Positions 36,805 to 46,987 are shown, numbered from the stretch's first letter. The stretch is DNA of 64,000 nt from Thermoanaerobaculia bacterium (GCA_017883205.1 JADGNZ010000033.1:3595-67594), one strand, 5' to 3'. Translations and numbers: made by a program. The notes: a model not told the origin generated them from the sequence alone.

Positions 36805-38151
36805 TTAACCCTTCCCCTGCTTCTCGATCTCCACCTTCGCTCCATCCTTAAGCTTGCGGCTGATGGCGGTGTAGCTGCCGGAGACGACTTCGTCGCCGAT
36901 CTTGATGCCGTTCTTGATCTCGATGAAAGTCGTGTCGGCGATTCCGGTCTCAACCTTCTGCTGGCGCACCGTGTCGCCGTTCTTGATGAAGACGACGCGC
37001 ACGAGCTTCTCGCGCTGCTCGCGCTCTTTCTGTTTCTCGAGCGTCTGGTTGCTCACTTCGGCTTTGTTGTCGTCGTCTTTGGAGACGCTTTGCGAAGTCT
37101 GTTTCTCGCGCTCCTCGGGCGACAGTTTGCTGTCCGTGCTGCGGACGGTGACGCTCTGGATCGGCACGACGACCGCGTTTTGCACCGTGTCGGTCTCGAT
37201 GTCAGCGGTCGTGCTCATGCCGGGACGCAGATGCACCGATGGATCGTTGACGCGGATCTTCACTTCGAAATTCGTCACCTGCTCCTGCGTGCCGGCGTTG
37301 TTCGTGGTTGCGGTGCTGGCGATCTCGCGGACGACGCCGGCGATCTTGCGGTCGGGATAGGCGTCGACGCTGATGCGCGCCGTGTCGCCGACTTTCACGT
37401 TGACGATGTCATTCTCGTTGACGTTGACGCGCGCCTCCATGCTGGTGAGGTCGGCGATGCGCATGACTTCCGTGCCTGCGAACTGACTGGTGCCGACGAC
37501 GCGCTCGCCGAGGCGGCTGGAGAGAGAGCTGATGGAGCCGTCGCTCGGCGCGACGATGGTCGTTTTCGATAACGCATCATTGATCTGTTTGAGTGCGCCC
37601 TCGGAGCGCTGGATGTCGAACTGCGACGCATTGAGCGCCGACTGTGCGATCTCATAGCTCGTCTGAGCAGCCTTCCGGTCGGACTCGGGGATCAGCTGCG
37701 ATTCGAAAAGATGCTGCGATCGCTGATAGTCGGCCTGCGCTTTGGCGAGCTGCGCTTTTTGCGTCGCGCTCGCGGCGCGGGCGCTGCTCAGCGCCGCCTG
37801 CTGCTCTTCAACCTGTGCCCGGTACGCGTCGGGCTTGATGCGCAGCAGAAGGTCGCCCTTATGCACGATCTGCCCTTCTTTGACCGGCAGGTCGATGATC
37901 TCTCCCGAGACTTCGGGTGAGATTTTCACTTCGATCTCCGGCTGGATCTTGCCGGTTGCAGTAACGAGCTGCGTGATCGTTTTCCGGAACGCCTTGTCCG
38001 TCGTGACGGGGATCGGCTTCTCGCGCTTTTTCGACATGACCCCTGCAACGGCGGCGATGGCGACGACGAGAATGATGCCGATGATCCAGTAGAGCTTCTT
38101 GCGCGAGCGTTTCGGCTTCGGCTTGGTGAGTGACGATAGGACAGCGCTCAT
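36805..38151 (-). CDS. Efflux periplasmic adaptor subunit (MacA-like)
   Basis: N-terminal TM, ATGKIQPEIEVKISPEVSG, VKEGQIVHKGDLL, TTIVAPSDG, LRPGMS, VVVPIQSV. Confidence 0.9.
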   Translation of the reverse strand: MSAVLSSLTKPKPKRSRKKLYWIIGIILVVAIAAVAGVMSKKREKPIPVTTDKAFRKTITQLVTATGKIQPEIEVKISPEVSGEIIDLPVKEGQIVHKGDLLLRIKPDAYRAQVEEQQAALSSARAASATQKAQLAKAQADYQRSQHLFESQLIPESDRKAAQTSYEIAQSALNASQFDIQRSEGALKQINDALSKTTIVAPSDGSISSLSSRLGERVVGTSQFAGTEVMRIADLTSMEARVNVNENDIVNVKVGDTARISVDAYPDRKIAGVVREIASTATTNNAGTQEQVTNFEVKIRVNDPSVHLRPGMSTTADIETDTVQNAVVVPIQSVTVRSTDSKLSPEEREKQTSQSVSKDDDNKAEVSNQTLEKQKEREQREKLVRVVFIKNGDTVRQQKVETGIADTTFIEIKNGIKIGDEVVSGSYTAISRKLKDGAKVEIEKQGKG

Positions 38152-38364
38152 GTGACTTTCAACTCCAGACGGGCCTCAGCCCTGGTGATTGGACTGCCTG
38201 ATGTCAACGGATTCGCGACGGGAAAGTTGCAGACTTGGACCGTTTTTCGCCAACAGCCCGCGGATGCGGCCTATTCTGCGGAGGTCCGTCACGGAGGGAT
38301 GCAGAGGCCGCAGAGACGGTTGATCTCTGTGGCCTCAGTGTCTCCGTGGTTCATTCCTATCGGA

Positions 38365-40008
38365 CTAGCGCACTGCCCGTTTCCGCGCGGGCACGCCTCC
38401 CACCGCGAAGAGGTGGCCGCTGGATTGCGCGTAGATGCGTCCCTGCGCGTCGATGGCAACGGGCGTGTAGGCGGCGCCGAGCGGTGCGGAGAGGGAGAAG
38501 CGGTCGAGGGGGATGCCGCCCTGGGCGATCGCGTAAAGGATTCCATCTTCGCCGTTTGCGTAGACGGTGCCCTGCGCATCGATGGCCGTGGCGTTGACGC
38601 ACCACTCGAAACCAAACTTCTGGTCGGCGCAACTGCCGCCCCGGCAGATCGTCCGCGATGGATTGCGGTATTGCCACTCCACCTGCAACTGCGGGCTGAG
38701 CTGCGTCACGAAATGACCCGGAGCCGTCCGCAGCAGAGGATCGCCGTAGAAGTTCTCCTTCGTCACCAGCGAGTAGGTTCCGTCGTGCTGCCAGACCGCC
38801 GGCGTCGTGTCCCAGCCGAATGGATAGTCGCCGAGGTACGCGCCGCTGGCGGAGAAATGCATCAGGTGGCCGTTCCGGTCGTTGTAGTAGGTGTACGAGC
38901 CGTAGACGATGGATCCGTCGGGGAGAACGACCGGCGAGGCGGTCGAGCTGTCATCGACGCGGCCCGACCCCGGCAGATTGTCGTCGGGGTCGACTCCGGC
39001 ATGCGCGCCCGCGCTGCAGTTGGTGGGCGGGAGCAGGACGCCGCAGCCGTCGTGAAAGCGCTCGCGTAACGACTGGCTCCATTTCGGTGTGAGGTCGGGA
39101 TTGATGGCGACGAGATAGCCCCATCGGTCGTTGAAGTGCGTGCGGCTGATCATGTAGATCGTCCCGTCCGAGGCGACCGCCGGGGCGACGTTGATGCCCG
39201 GCCGCTGCGCGCCGCAGGTTCGTTGCGGCGCGACTGCGTTCGGCGATGGCGGATGCTGCGTCGAGCCGAACACAAACTCCCAGGTGCAAAGGGCGTTCGG
39301 TGCCGGAGCGTTAGTCACGAGCGGCGCGAACGGCACGGCGGTGGCGGCGCCTGCCGGCGTCACGCGAACGAGCCAGGAGGCGAGGATGTCGCCGAACCAC
39401 GGTGCGTTCTGTTGTAGCCGGAACACGCCATAGATAATGTTCCCCGAGGAATCCGCGGTCGGTGGACCGGAGACGAACGTCATGACATCGAGCGATCCGA
39501 AGGGATTGATGCGGCGGATGATCTCGCCGGTGGTCCGGTCGAGTTGCAGGAGCGTCCCGCCCATGGCCGGAGCGTAGATGGAATCGTTGGCGAGGACCGG
39601 CTGCATGGCCGGCTCCCAGATCCCGGCCCCGTCCGGAATCGGGTACCAGTCGCTCGGCTGCGCCCATTTCTCGACGAGCTGTCCATTCTCCCAATGCAGG
39701 CGATGCACGCTCCACCTCGGGATCCCTTGGAACGGTCCGATAAAGATCAATTCTTTGTACGACATGAAGACGTCGTCGCCGTCGAGAAGCGGTCCGGCAT
39801 AGTGAACGAAAAGGTCGCCCGATGTTGGATCGATCTCATCGGGAACGAGGGGGTCGTGCACGACGTCCGCGAGGGTGCGCACGAGCGGCTGTCCGACGAC
39901 CGAGGTGTTTCCGGTGTGCCTCTGGTTGGCCCCAAATTGGGACCATTGGGCCAGCGCGGAAGCCGCCGCCGCAAACTGGATCGTCAGCGCAAATAAACGT
40001 CTGAGCAT
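38365..40008 (-). CDS. Secreted beta-propeller (PQQ-like/BamB-like) hypothetical protein
   Basis: Signal peptide then QWSQFGANQRHTG; APAVASDGTIY, SPVVLPDGSI, TAIDAQGTVY, TPVAIDAQGRIY blades; tail ARKRAVR. Confidence 0.7.
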   Translation of the reverse strand: MLRRLFALTIQFAAAASALAQWSQFGANQRHTGNTSVVGQPLVRTLADVVHDPLVPDEIDPTSGDLFVHYAGPLLDGDDVFMSYKELIFIGPFQGIPRWSVHRLHWENGQLVEKWAQPSDWYPIPDGAGIWEPAMQPVLANDSIYAPAMGGTLLQLDRTTGEIIRRINPFGSLDVMTFVSGPPTADSSGNIIYGVFRLQQNAPWFGDILASWLVRVTPAGAATAVPFAPLVTNAPAPNALCTWEFVFGSTQHPPSPNAVAPQRTCGAQRPGINVAPAVASDGTIYMISRTHFNDRWGYLVAINPDLTPKWSQSLRERFHDGCGVLLPPTNCSAGAHAGVDPDDNLPGSGRVDDSSTASPVVLPDGSIVYGSYTYYNDRNGHLMHFSASGAYLGDYPFGWDTTPAVWQHDGTYSLVTKENFYGDPLLRTAPGHFVTQLSPQLQVEWQYRNPSRTICRGGSCADQKFGFEWCVNATAIDAQGTVYANGEDGILYAIAQGGIPLDRFSLSAPLGAAYTPVAIDAQGRIYAQSSGHLFAVGGVPARKRAVR

Positions 40009-40191
40009 GGAGAGAGATTACGCGATTTCCGGTGCCGCACGTTTGCCCATTTTCGCGGACGCTCCGTCCTCGATCGAGGAGGTCGGTTCCCCTTGTTACA
40101 TTTGGCTTCTCTCGTAGGAATGAGCCTGCCGGCTGGCTCAAGCGTCGCATAACTATCGCGTAGTTTGGTAACCTTTCTAAGGGAGAAACCC

Positions 40192-40644
40192 ATGAAGAAA
40201 CACATCATTCACGCAGTTGCCGCTCTCTTTCTCGTGATGGTGGCCGCGCCGCTCTTCGCCGTGCAGCGGAACATCGTCGACGAGGTCATCCGTATGACGA
40301 GGGCCGGTGTCGCTGAGGACGCCATCCTCGAATATGTCGACAAAACGGACATTCGGATCGTCGTTACCGGCGATGACGTCATCGCCATGACGGAAGCGAA
40401 CGTGCCGAAGGCGGTTATCAAGGAAGTGGTCGATAACTCTGCAGGCAGCGGCCGCAACTACCGCGACCGCAGCTTCGTCTCGCCGCGCGTCGTCGTCGCG
40501 CCGTATTACTACGATCCTTACTATTACTACGATCCGTTCTGGTACCGCCCGAGCCTCTACCTCGGCTTTGGCTTCGGCGGGTTCTACGGCGGCGGTTTCC
40601 GCGGAGGCCACTTCGGTGGTCACGGCGGCGGTCGTCATCACTAA
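40192..40644 (+). CDS. Hypothetical secreted protein with Tyr/Pro- and Gly-rich tail
   Basis: RBS agggag, signal peptide, DEVIRMTRAGVAEDAIL, PYYYDPYYYYDPFW, GGFRGGHFGGHGGGRHH. Confidence 0.75.
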   Translation: MKKHIIHAVAALFLVMVAAPLFAVQRNIVDEVIRMTRAGVAEDAILEYVDKTDIRIVVTGDDVIAMTEANVPKAVIKEVVDNSAGSGRNYRDRSFVSPRVVVAPYYYDPYYYYDPFWYRPSLYLGFGFGGFYGGGFRGGHFGGHGGGRHH

Positions 40645-40684
40645 CTCGTAGCCTTCGTAGTAAGCCCTCTCACACGGTCGACGG

Positions 40685-40715
40685 AAGCCCGGGCCTCGCG
40701 CCCGGGCTTTTTTTT
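40685..40715 (+). terminator. Rho-independent terminator
   Basis: aagcccgggc-ctcgc-gcccgggc followed by a run of 8 T. Confidence 0.9.
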
Positions 40716-40787
40716 GTGGCGGTGATGAGGGCTAACTCCGGCTAACTCGCTTTCTCACACTCTTCTCGCGACCTTTCTCGCAACCTT

Positions 40788-41007
40788 CCAATCGAGCGCC
40801 TTCTCCCCCACGGTTTTTGTGGGGGAGAAGGTGGCCGAAGGCCGGATGAGGGGGCGTCCCAACAAGTACGACATCCGTGCATGTACCGCGTTTTCAAGCA
40901 GTTCGGACGAGGCGAGGTTGATCGCCCTGCGTATTTGCTCCCCCCTCATCCGGCTTCGCCACCTTCTCCCCCCGCAAAAAGCGCGGGGGGAGAAGGCGCT
41001 CGATGGG
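40788..41007. mobile_element. About 220-bp REP-doublet / MITE-like element, copy 3
   Basis: Same arms as copy 1; core acgacatccgtgcatgt...cggacgaggc matches the reverse complement of the copy 4 core. Confidence 0.8.
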
Positions 41008-41150
41008 AAAGCACTCCAGAGAAGAAGGAAGAGGCGTAGGCGAGAAGGTGCACCAAGCGTGTGAGAAGTGGCGGCACCCCCCTTTCTTTTTTTGCGGCGT
41101 GCCCCCGCAATTTCACCCTCGCGTCATGTTTGGGCTGATACTTAGCGCCC

Positions 41151-42704
41151 GTGTCGATCCGATGGCTTGCGCTGCTCGTTCTCGCCGCGGCGAGCGCGCA
41201 GGCCGCTGAGCCGGTGCGCATCGGGCGCATCACCATCGACGCAGTGCCCGTCTTCAGTGGTGCCGAGGCTGCGCATGGTCGGTTTTATGGGCTCATGAAC
41301 GTGCTTCATGTGCAGACTCGAGTCGCTCTGCTGCGCCGGTTTCTGCTCTTCCGCGAAGGGGATCCGTACGATCCTGCACTGATCGAGGAGACGGAGCGCG
41401 CACTGCGACTCTTCGACTTTCTCGAGAGTGCTTCGGTCACCGCATCGGCTCCGCATGACGGCGTCGTCGACGTCGCCGTGGTCACTCACGATGCGTTGAC
41501 GACGGCCATCAACGCGGACTTTTCGAATGAGGGAGGGATCGCCGCGTATTCGGCCGACGTCACGCAGAAGGATCTCTTCGGATCCGGCAGTTCGCTCGAT
41601 CTGCATACGGAGCATGGGATCGAACGGAGCGGGACATCGGCCGAACTGACCGATCCGGCGCTCTTCGGACCGTACTGGAATCTCGACACGCTCTACGCGA
41701 AAAACTCGGATGGCAGCGAAGAGAAGGTGGCGATCGACCGGCCGCTTTACTCCTACCGGACTCCCTGGACCGCGAGTGCACTTTTCGATCGACTGCAACG
41801 CAACGAACGGATCTTCGCGCTCGGTGAGGTGGCCGCGCGGTTCCGGCACGAACATCGCGAGCTTGCGCTCTCCCGTTCGAAGGTGCTGCACGCCGACCGG
41901 GATGGCTCTTCGAGCATCGTCGCTGCGATCGATCTGCTCGATGATTCGTTCGCCGTGCTGCCGGAGCGCACGGGCGACGTCATTCCGCGCGCGCGTCACT
42001 TCCGCTTCGTCGAAGCCGGCTACGAGAGCACCGGTTTCCGTTTCGTCAAGCTCGATTACGTCGACCGCGACATCCGCGAGCAGGATTTCAACCTCGGCCA
42101 CTACGCGACGATTCGCGCGGCAATCTCGCCAGCGCAATCGAGCGATCGTTCCTCGACCTTCCGGCTTCGCGCTGCTGCCGGAGCGGGATACGCGTTCAGC
42201 GAGCGCGCGTTCGTCGTCGGCCAGATCACTGCGTCGACGCGCGCGCCGCGCGACCGCAACACGATGATCGCGCTCGACGGCCGCGCCGTATCCCGTTTCC
42301 AGACGCGCTACCCCCAGGCATTCGTCACTCGAACTCACCTGGATCTGGGCTGGCAGCTCGATCGCGACTTGCAGTTTCTTGCCGACGGTCAGAGCGGGCT
42401 TCGCGCCTATCCCGACTTCGCGTTCGAAGGAAGCAGGCGGCTGATCGTGAATGCGGAACATCGCATCTTTCTCGGGCGCGAGTTGCTCCAGCTTGTCGGC
42501 CCGGGCGTGGCGGTGTTCGCCGATTCCGGACAAGCGGTTGATGGTCCATTCCGAGGGATGAAGAGCGATGCCGGAGCAGGATTGCGCCTCGGCATCTCCC
42601 GCCTCGATGCGCTGATCCGGATCGATTGGGCATACGCGTTCAACGACAGCCCGCGAAGCCGCCGCGGTCCTGTCTGGTCGATCTCGACGTCGCAGGCGTT
42701 TTGA
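41151..42704 (+). CDS. BamA/TamA-like outer-membrane beta-barrel protein with POTRA-like domain
   Basis: Signal peptide, LLFREGDPYD...ETERALR, GLRAYP, LIVNAEHR, FADSG, GAGLRLG, IRIDWAY, C-terminal SQAF. Confidence 0.78.
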   Translation: MSIRWLALLVLAAASAQAAEPVRIGRITIDAVPVFSGAEAAHGRFYGLMNVLHVQTRVALLRRFLLFREGDPYDPALIEETERALRLFDFLESASVTASAPHDGVVDVAVVTHDALTTAINADFSNEGGIAAYSADVTQKDLFGSGSSLDLHTEHGIERSGTSAELTDPALFGPYWNLDTLYAKNSDGSEEKVAIDRPLYSYRTPWTASALFDRLQRNERIFALGEVAARFRHEHRELALSRSKVLHADRDGSSSIVAAIDLLDDSFAVLPERTGDVIPRARHFRFVEAGYESTGFRFVKLDYVDRDIREQDFNLGHYATIRAAISPAQSSDRSSTFRLRAAAGAGYAFSERAFVVGQITASTRAPRDRNTMIALDGRAVSRFQTRYPQAFVTRTHLDLGWQLDRDLQFLADGQSGLRAYPDFAFEGSRRLIVNAEHRIFLGRELLQLVGPGVAVFADSGQAVDGPFRGMKSDAGAGLRLGISRLDALIRIDWAYAFNDSPRSRRGPVWSISTSQAF

Positions 42705-42852
42705 ACTGCGGGGGTCGGTTTTCGGGGGTCGGGGGTCGGGGGTCGGAGTTGGCCCCGGCCTTCGCCTTTGTCTCCGCCTTTGTCTCCCGAGAAAACATCC
42801 GGGTCGACGGCAGTTGCGGCTTCTGCTCCGACTCCCGACCCCCGACCCCCGC

Positions 42853-43662
42853 TCACACTCCGAAGGTCACAAATCGCTCTTGCACGGTTGCCCCGCACGC
42901 TTTGCGATAGAACTCGATCGCGTCGGTCCAGGGAATCACGGCGCTCTGGTGGCCGAGTCGGTGCAGATCGGCGAGCGAGGCATGGAGCAGTCGCGCGCCG
43001 AGGCCGCGGCCGCGGCGGGCGCGGGCAACGCCGGTTGGGCCGAAAAATCCGAGTCCGCGATTGTTCGCATCATGCGCGGCGAAGCCGGCAATCTCGTCGT
43101 CCACTTCGACGTAGAAAAGAGTCGGTGGATCGTTCTCGAACGCACGCCCGGCCTCAAAGCGCCAGATGCGGCCGAATTCTTCTTCGATGAAGTGGAGAAT
43201 GCGCTCGCGCGTGGCCGGTGTGGTGCGAACCACTCCCGCATCCACCCCCCCACTTTCAACGCCCGCCACCAGATTCTGCGTCGATGCAATCTCGCGGTAT
43301 CCGCGCTTGACGAAAAAATCGATCGCCGGCTCGTCGCTGGCGGCGATGCCGGGCGTGAAGTAGTTGCCCGCCTCGGCGGCGACGATTTGCGCGCGTCCGC
43401 GCTCCCGCGCTTCGCGCAGCAACGCGCTCCCCACGCCGCGTCCTCTGCGGGCGCGATCGACCGCCAGGATGCGAAGGTAGGTGCCGCAGGTAACGCTGAT
43501 GCCTGCAAAATCATCAGCGACGCGCACCTCGGGCTCACCGGCAACTCCGGCGCCGAAGCACTTCTCCTCGGCGACGCGGGCAAGGTCGTAGGGCGCGTCG
43601 TTAGCCCGCGCCAGCAGCTTCACGATGCGCGGCAGGTCGTCGCGTGTGGCGGTTCGGATCAC
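42853..43662 (-). CDS. Tandem GNAT N-acetyltransferase
   Basis: Two acetyl-CoA motifs (LAVDRARRGRGVGSALL; GVARARRGRGLGARLL) and FYRK. Start set at GTG 43662 because upstream is repeat DNA. Confidence 0.82.
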   Translation of the reverse strand: MIRTATRDDLPRIVKLLARANDAPYDLARVAEEKCFGAGVAGEPEVRVADDFAGISVTCGTYLRILAVDRARRGRGVGSALLREARERGRAQIVAAEAGNYFTPGIAASDEPAIDFFVKRGYREIASTQNLVAGVESGGVDAGVVRTTPATRERILHFIEEEFGRIWRFEAGRAFENDPPTLFYVEVDDEIAGFAAHDANNRGLGFFGPTGVARARRGRGLGARLLHASLADLHRLGHQSAVIPWTDAIEFYRKACGATVQERFVTFGV

Positions 43663-43679
43663 GATGGGGATTACACCAC

Positions 43680-43890
43680 GGGGGTGGGGAGTGGGGGGTG
43701 GGGAGTGGGAGCCGGGAGTCGGGGGTCGGGGGTCGGGGGTCGGAGAATCGCGCAATGTCTCTGGTTGCCAACATAGTTTTCCCGTCCAGCCGCGCGCTTC
43801 CTTGCTTCTTCTCCGACTCCCGACCCCCGACAGGCGACTCCCGCGCAGGCTTCTTCTCCGCCTCCCGACCCCCGACAAGCGACTCCCGCG
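43680..43890. repeat. G-rich/C-rich heptamer repeat pair plus 46-bp direct repeat
   Basis: ggggtggggagtggggggtggggagtggg...gggggtc x3; gcttcttctccg..cccgacccccgaca.gcgactcccgcgcagg occurs twice. Confidence 0.7.
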
Positions 43891-43925
43891 CAGGACCGGC
43901 CCACCTTTCGCAGTACCGCACTCCC

Positions 43926-44357
43926 ATGGACGAGATCGTTCGTTGTGCGAGCTGTGGTCAGGCCAATCGGGTTCCTCCAGTCGGGAGTGGACGGAAGGCT
44001 GTTTGCGGAAGGTGCAAAGCGCCCCTGACGGCCGGATCGGACGGTCATCCCATCGACGTCACCGACGCGAATCTCGCCGAGACAATTCGTCACGGTGCAT
44101 TCGTCGTCGACTTCTGGGCGGCGTGGTGCGGGCCGTGCCGGATGATTGCTCCGATCATCGAGGAGCTCGCGGCGTCGCGAAGGGACGTGCGCTTCGCCAA
44201 GCTCAATGTCGATCAGAACCCTAAGGCGGCGTCGCAGTACCGCGCGATGAGCATTCCGCTGCTGGTCTTCTTCAAGGATGGCGTGGAAGCGGGCCGCGTC
44301 GTCGGCGCCGTGCCGCGCGGCCGGATCGAGGCGGCGATCAAGCAGTACTTCGGGTGA
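43926..44357 (+). CDS. trxC: Thioredoxin 2 (zinc-finger type)
   Basis: CASC...ANRV...CGRC zinc finger; VDFWAAWCGPC active site. Confidence 0.88.
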   Translation: MDEIVRCASCGQANRVPPVGSGRKAVCGRCKAPLTAGSDGHPIDVTDANLAETIRHGAFVVDFWAAWCGPCRMIAPIIEELAASRRDVRFAKLNVDQNPKAASQYRAMSIPLLVFFKDGVEAGRVVGAVPRGRIEAAIKQYFG

Positions 44358-44399
44358 GGGGTGGGGAGTGGGGGGTGGGGTGTGGGAGAACTGCCGCTT

Positions 44400-44449
44400 G
44401 ATGCCGGCGGCCAGCAGTGCAATGACGCTGACGACGAACGCGCCGACGC
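44400..44449. other. 50-bp copy of ABC permease coding sequence (34402-34451) in intergenic DNA
   Basis: 47/50 identity by direct comparison; encodes VGAFVVSVIALLAAGI on - in both places. Confidence 0.9.
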
Positions 44450-44596
44450 CAGGAAGACCGGTCACGCGAAGACGCGAAGACGCGAAGGGGTAGCCCGTGA
44501 TTCATGAACAGTTCTACGACCCCCGACCCCCGACAACCCACTCCCCACCCCCCACACCCACCCCGTGCTACCCTTTCCCGACTCCCTTAATTCAAC

Positions 44597-46522
44597 ATGG
44601 TCAAGCTCCCGACGGTCGATCGAGTCATCTCGCTCGTGCGCAAACCTGGGCAACCGCTGCCTCCGCCCGGTGCCTCGAAGACGCGGGAGTCGCGTCTGCG
44701 CGGCGCGTTCGACCATGCGCCGATCGGAATCGCACTCGCCTCGATGCACGGCACGTGGCTGGAAACGAACGAGCGATTCTGCGAGCTGATCGGCTACACG
44801 CGCGACGAACTGGCGCGCATGACGTTTGCCGACCTCACGCATCCCGACGACGCGCGGAGCGAGGAGCGTCTGATGCGGCGGCTGCTCACCGGCGATGTGC
44901 CGAGCTACCGCATCGAGAAGCGCATCATGGGAAAGAAGGGGAGATACCGCGAGCTGGAAGTGACCTGCGCGATCTCCGGCAGCGAGGACGCCCCTTTCCT
45001 CATCTACGTTGTCGACGAGCGCTCGCGCGTAGCGGCGGATCAGGCGCAGGTGGAGGCGCAGGCGCATGCGCGCACCGCGGCGCACAACGCGGAACAGTTT
45101 CTGCTCGCCGTCATCGACCAGCTCGCCGATGTGGCCATCATCCGCACCGATGACAAGGGCATGATCGCCGGGTGGAACGCCGGCGCGGAGCGCATTCTCG
45201 GCTACCAGCGCGACGAGATTCTCGGCCGCCCGCGAAGGATGCTCTATCGCGACAACGAAGGGTGGGCCGGCGTCTCCACGCAACAACTCAACGCCGCCGC
45301 CGCGTCGGGCAGCCTCGAGTTGGAAGACTGGCGCATGCGCAAGGACGGGAGCGAGGTGTGGGTCCGCACCAGCATCACCGCGGTGCGTATCGCCGGCAGC
45401 GTCAAAGGCTTCGTCGAGGTGATCCGAGCGCCGGAGCGTCCGCAACCGCAGACGGCTGCATTGAAACAGAGCGTCGAGTCGATGCAGGCGGAGCTTCACA
45501 AGCGCGATCGAACCGAGGATTCCCTTCGCTCAGCCGTCGAAGAGTTGCGCCTCACCGGCGAGCAGACGATGGACGAGCTCAAGATCATGACCGACGCGCT
45601 TCGCAAGGAGCTCGAGCGGCGCAAACGCGCGGAAGAGGAGTTGCGCGCGATCCACGAGCGCGCCTCGCGCGCCGTCGTCCTGCCGCCCGCGCCGGCGGAG
45701 TCGGAGATCGTCTCGACCTCGATGCCGCCGCCGCGAAAGTGGAAATCGCTCGGCGACGGGAATCCCGCCGAGCTGCTCGTCAAGCACATCTCGCACGAGC
45801 GCACGGGACGGCTCGTCGTGGCTAGTGGTCCGCGCGAGAAAGAGCTGTTCGTCGACAAGGGAAAGATCATTTCCTGCTCCTCAAACGATCCTTCGCGTTT
45901 TCTGGCGCAGCGCCTCATCGCAAGCGGGTTGATCTCCGAGGAGCAGAGGCAGAAGGCGCTGGAGATCCAGAGCGAGACGCGCCTCGCCCTCGGCCGTATC
46001 CTGGTGATCCTCGGCGCCCTGACCGAGAACCAGCTTCATGACGCCATGCGCAGCAAAGCGGAGGAGGAGATCGCGGAGCTCTGTGGGTGGCGTGACGCGA
46101 AGTTCGTGTTCGTTGAGGAAGAGATACCGACCCTGCAGCTCGTCCCTCTCCGCATCGACGCCGCCGAGCTTCTCGTTCATCAGGTGGTGCAGCAGATCGA
46201 CCATCGCGCGGCGCCGGTTCCGGCTACATCGCATGGTCTGGAAGCGATCGATGTCGCGCGCATCGTCGACGACGCCGTCACCGACCTGGTCATCGACGAC
46301 ATCGCCTCGGCCGCCGACGAGATCGCATTCAACATCGAAGCGATCTCCTCGAAAGCCGAGATCCTGATCGCCAGCGCCACGGGCAAGACCAAACGCTTTC
46401 ATCGCGCAAGCTGCGGCAGCGCCAAGCGCCTCGCTGACGAAACCCGCGTCGTCTTCATGAGCGCGCAGGAAGCGATGATGGCGGGTTACGATGCCTGCCG
46501 GATGTGCTTTCGGGATTGGTGA
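44597..46522 (+). CDS. PAS-PAS / coiled coil / DUF4388 / Ada-like metal-binding domain protein
   Basis: FDHAPIGIA...NERFCELIGY...LTHPDD; WNAGAERILGY...RKDGSEVWV; ERTGRLVV...LCGWRDAKFVF; FHRASC...AQEAMMAGYDACRMC. Confidence 0.75.
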   Translation: MVKLPTVDRVISLVRKPGQPLPPPGASKTRESRLRGAFDHAPIGIALASMHGTWLETNERFCELIGYTRDELARMTFADLTHPDDARSEERLMRRLLTGDVPSYRIEKRIMGKKGRYRELEVTCAISGSEDAPFLIYVVDERSRVAADQAQVEAQAHARTAAHNAEQFLLAVIDQLADVAIIRTDDKGMIAGWNAGAERILGYQRDEILGRPRRMLYRDNEGWAGVSTQQLNAAAASGSLELEDWRMRKDGSEVWVRTSITAVRIAGSVKGFVEVIRAPERPQPQTAALKQSVESMQAELHKRDRTEDSLRSAVEELRLTGEQTMDELKIMTDALRKELERRKRAEEELRAIHERASRAVVLPPAPAESEIVSTSMPPPRKWKSLGDGNPAELLVKHISHERTGRLVVASGPREKELFVDKGKIISCSSNDPSRFLAQRLIASGLISEEQRQKALEIQSETRLALGRILVILGALTENQLHDAMRSKAEEEIAELCGWRDAKFVFVEEEIPTLQLVPLRIDAAELLVHQVVQQIDHRAAPVPATSHGLEAIDVARIVDDAVTDLVIDDIASAADEIAFNIEAISSKAEILIASATGKTKRFHRASCGSAKRLADETRVVFMSAQEAMMAGYDACRMCFRDW

Positions 46523-46570
46523 GTAAACAGGGTTGATTGATCGGTTCGGAGTGATCAAGCAGTTAGCGGG

Positions 46571-46987
46571 ATGAAGGCGGAACTTCTCGTGGGTAAGGCG
46601 TCACGCAGGAAACACCATCGATTAGGATCAGGCAAGATCGATCTTGAGCCCGACGCCAGGAAGGCTTCAACGCGGCTGGCACAGTTGATCGAACCGCATA
46701 TGGCGGCTGACGAAACAAAACATAGCTACGAAGCATTAGTGGCATTGGGTGCGATCGCTTGGAATCTGTCGCTCGTCCCAGCGCAGGAACGTGGCGACTT
46801 GATCCGAGAGGCTGTCCGCGGCGCGGTCAGCCGCGGGATTCCACTTACCGACCGCTGGCTGAACGATCTGATTGAGCGGAGGATGAAGCTCTTCCCTTCG
46901 GAGGAGCGCTGGATCGAGAGTTACGAAGTCACCGTTAAACCTGACGGCAGGCTTGTCATTCTAGTTGCGACCTTAAGCGCTGGCTAA
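46571..46987 (+). CDS. Hypothetical protein
   Basis: 138-aa ORF with AIAWNLSL...LIERRMKLFP; more A/T-ending codons than neighbours; no family recognised. Confidence 0.55.
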   Translation: MKAELLVGKASRRKHHRLGSGKIDLEPDARKASTRLAQLIEPHMAADETKHSYEALVALGAIAWNLSLVPAQERGDLIREAVRGAVSRGIPLTDRWLNDLIERRMKLFPSEERWIESYEVTVKPDGRLVILVATLSAG

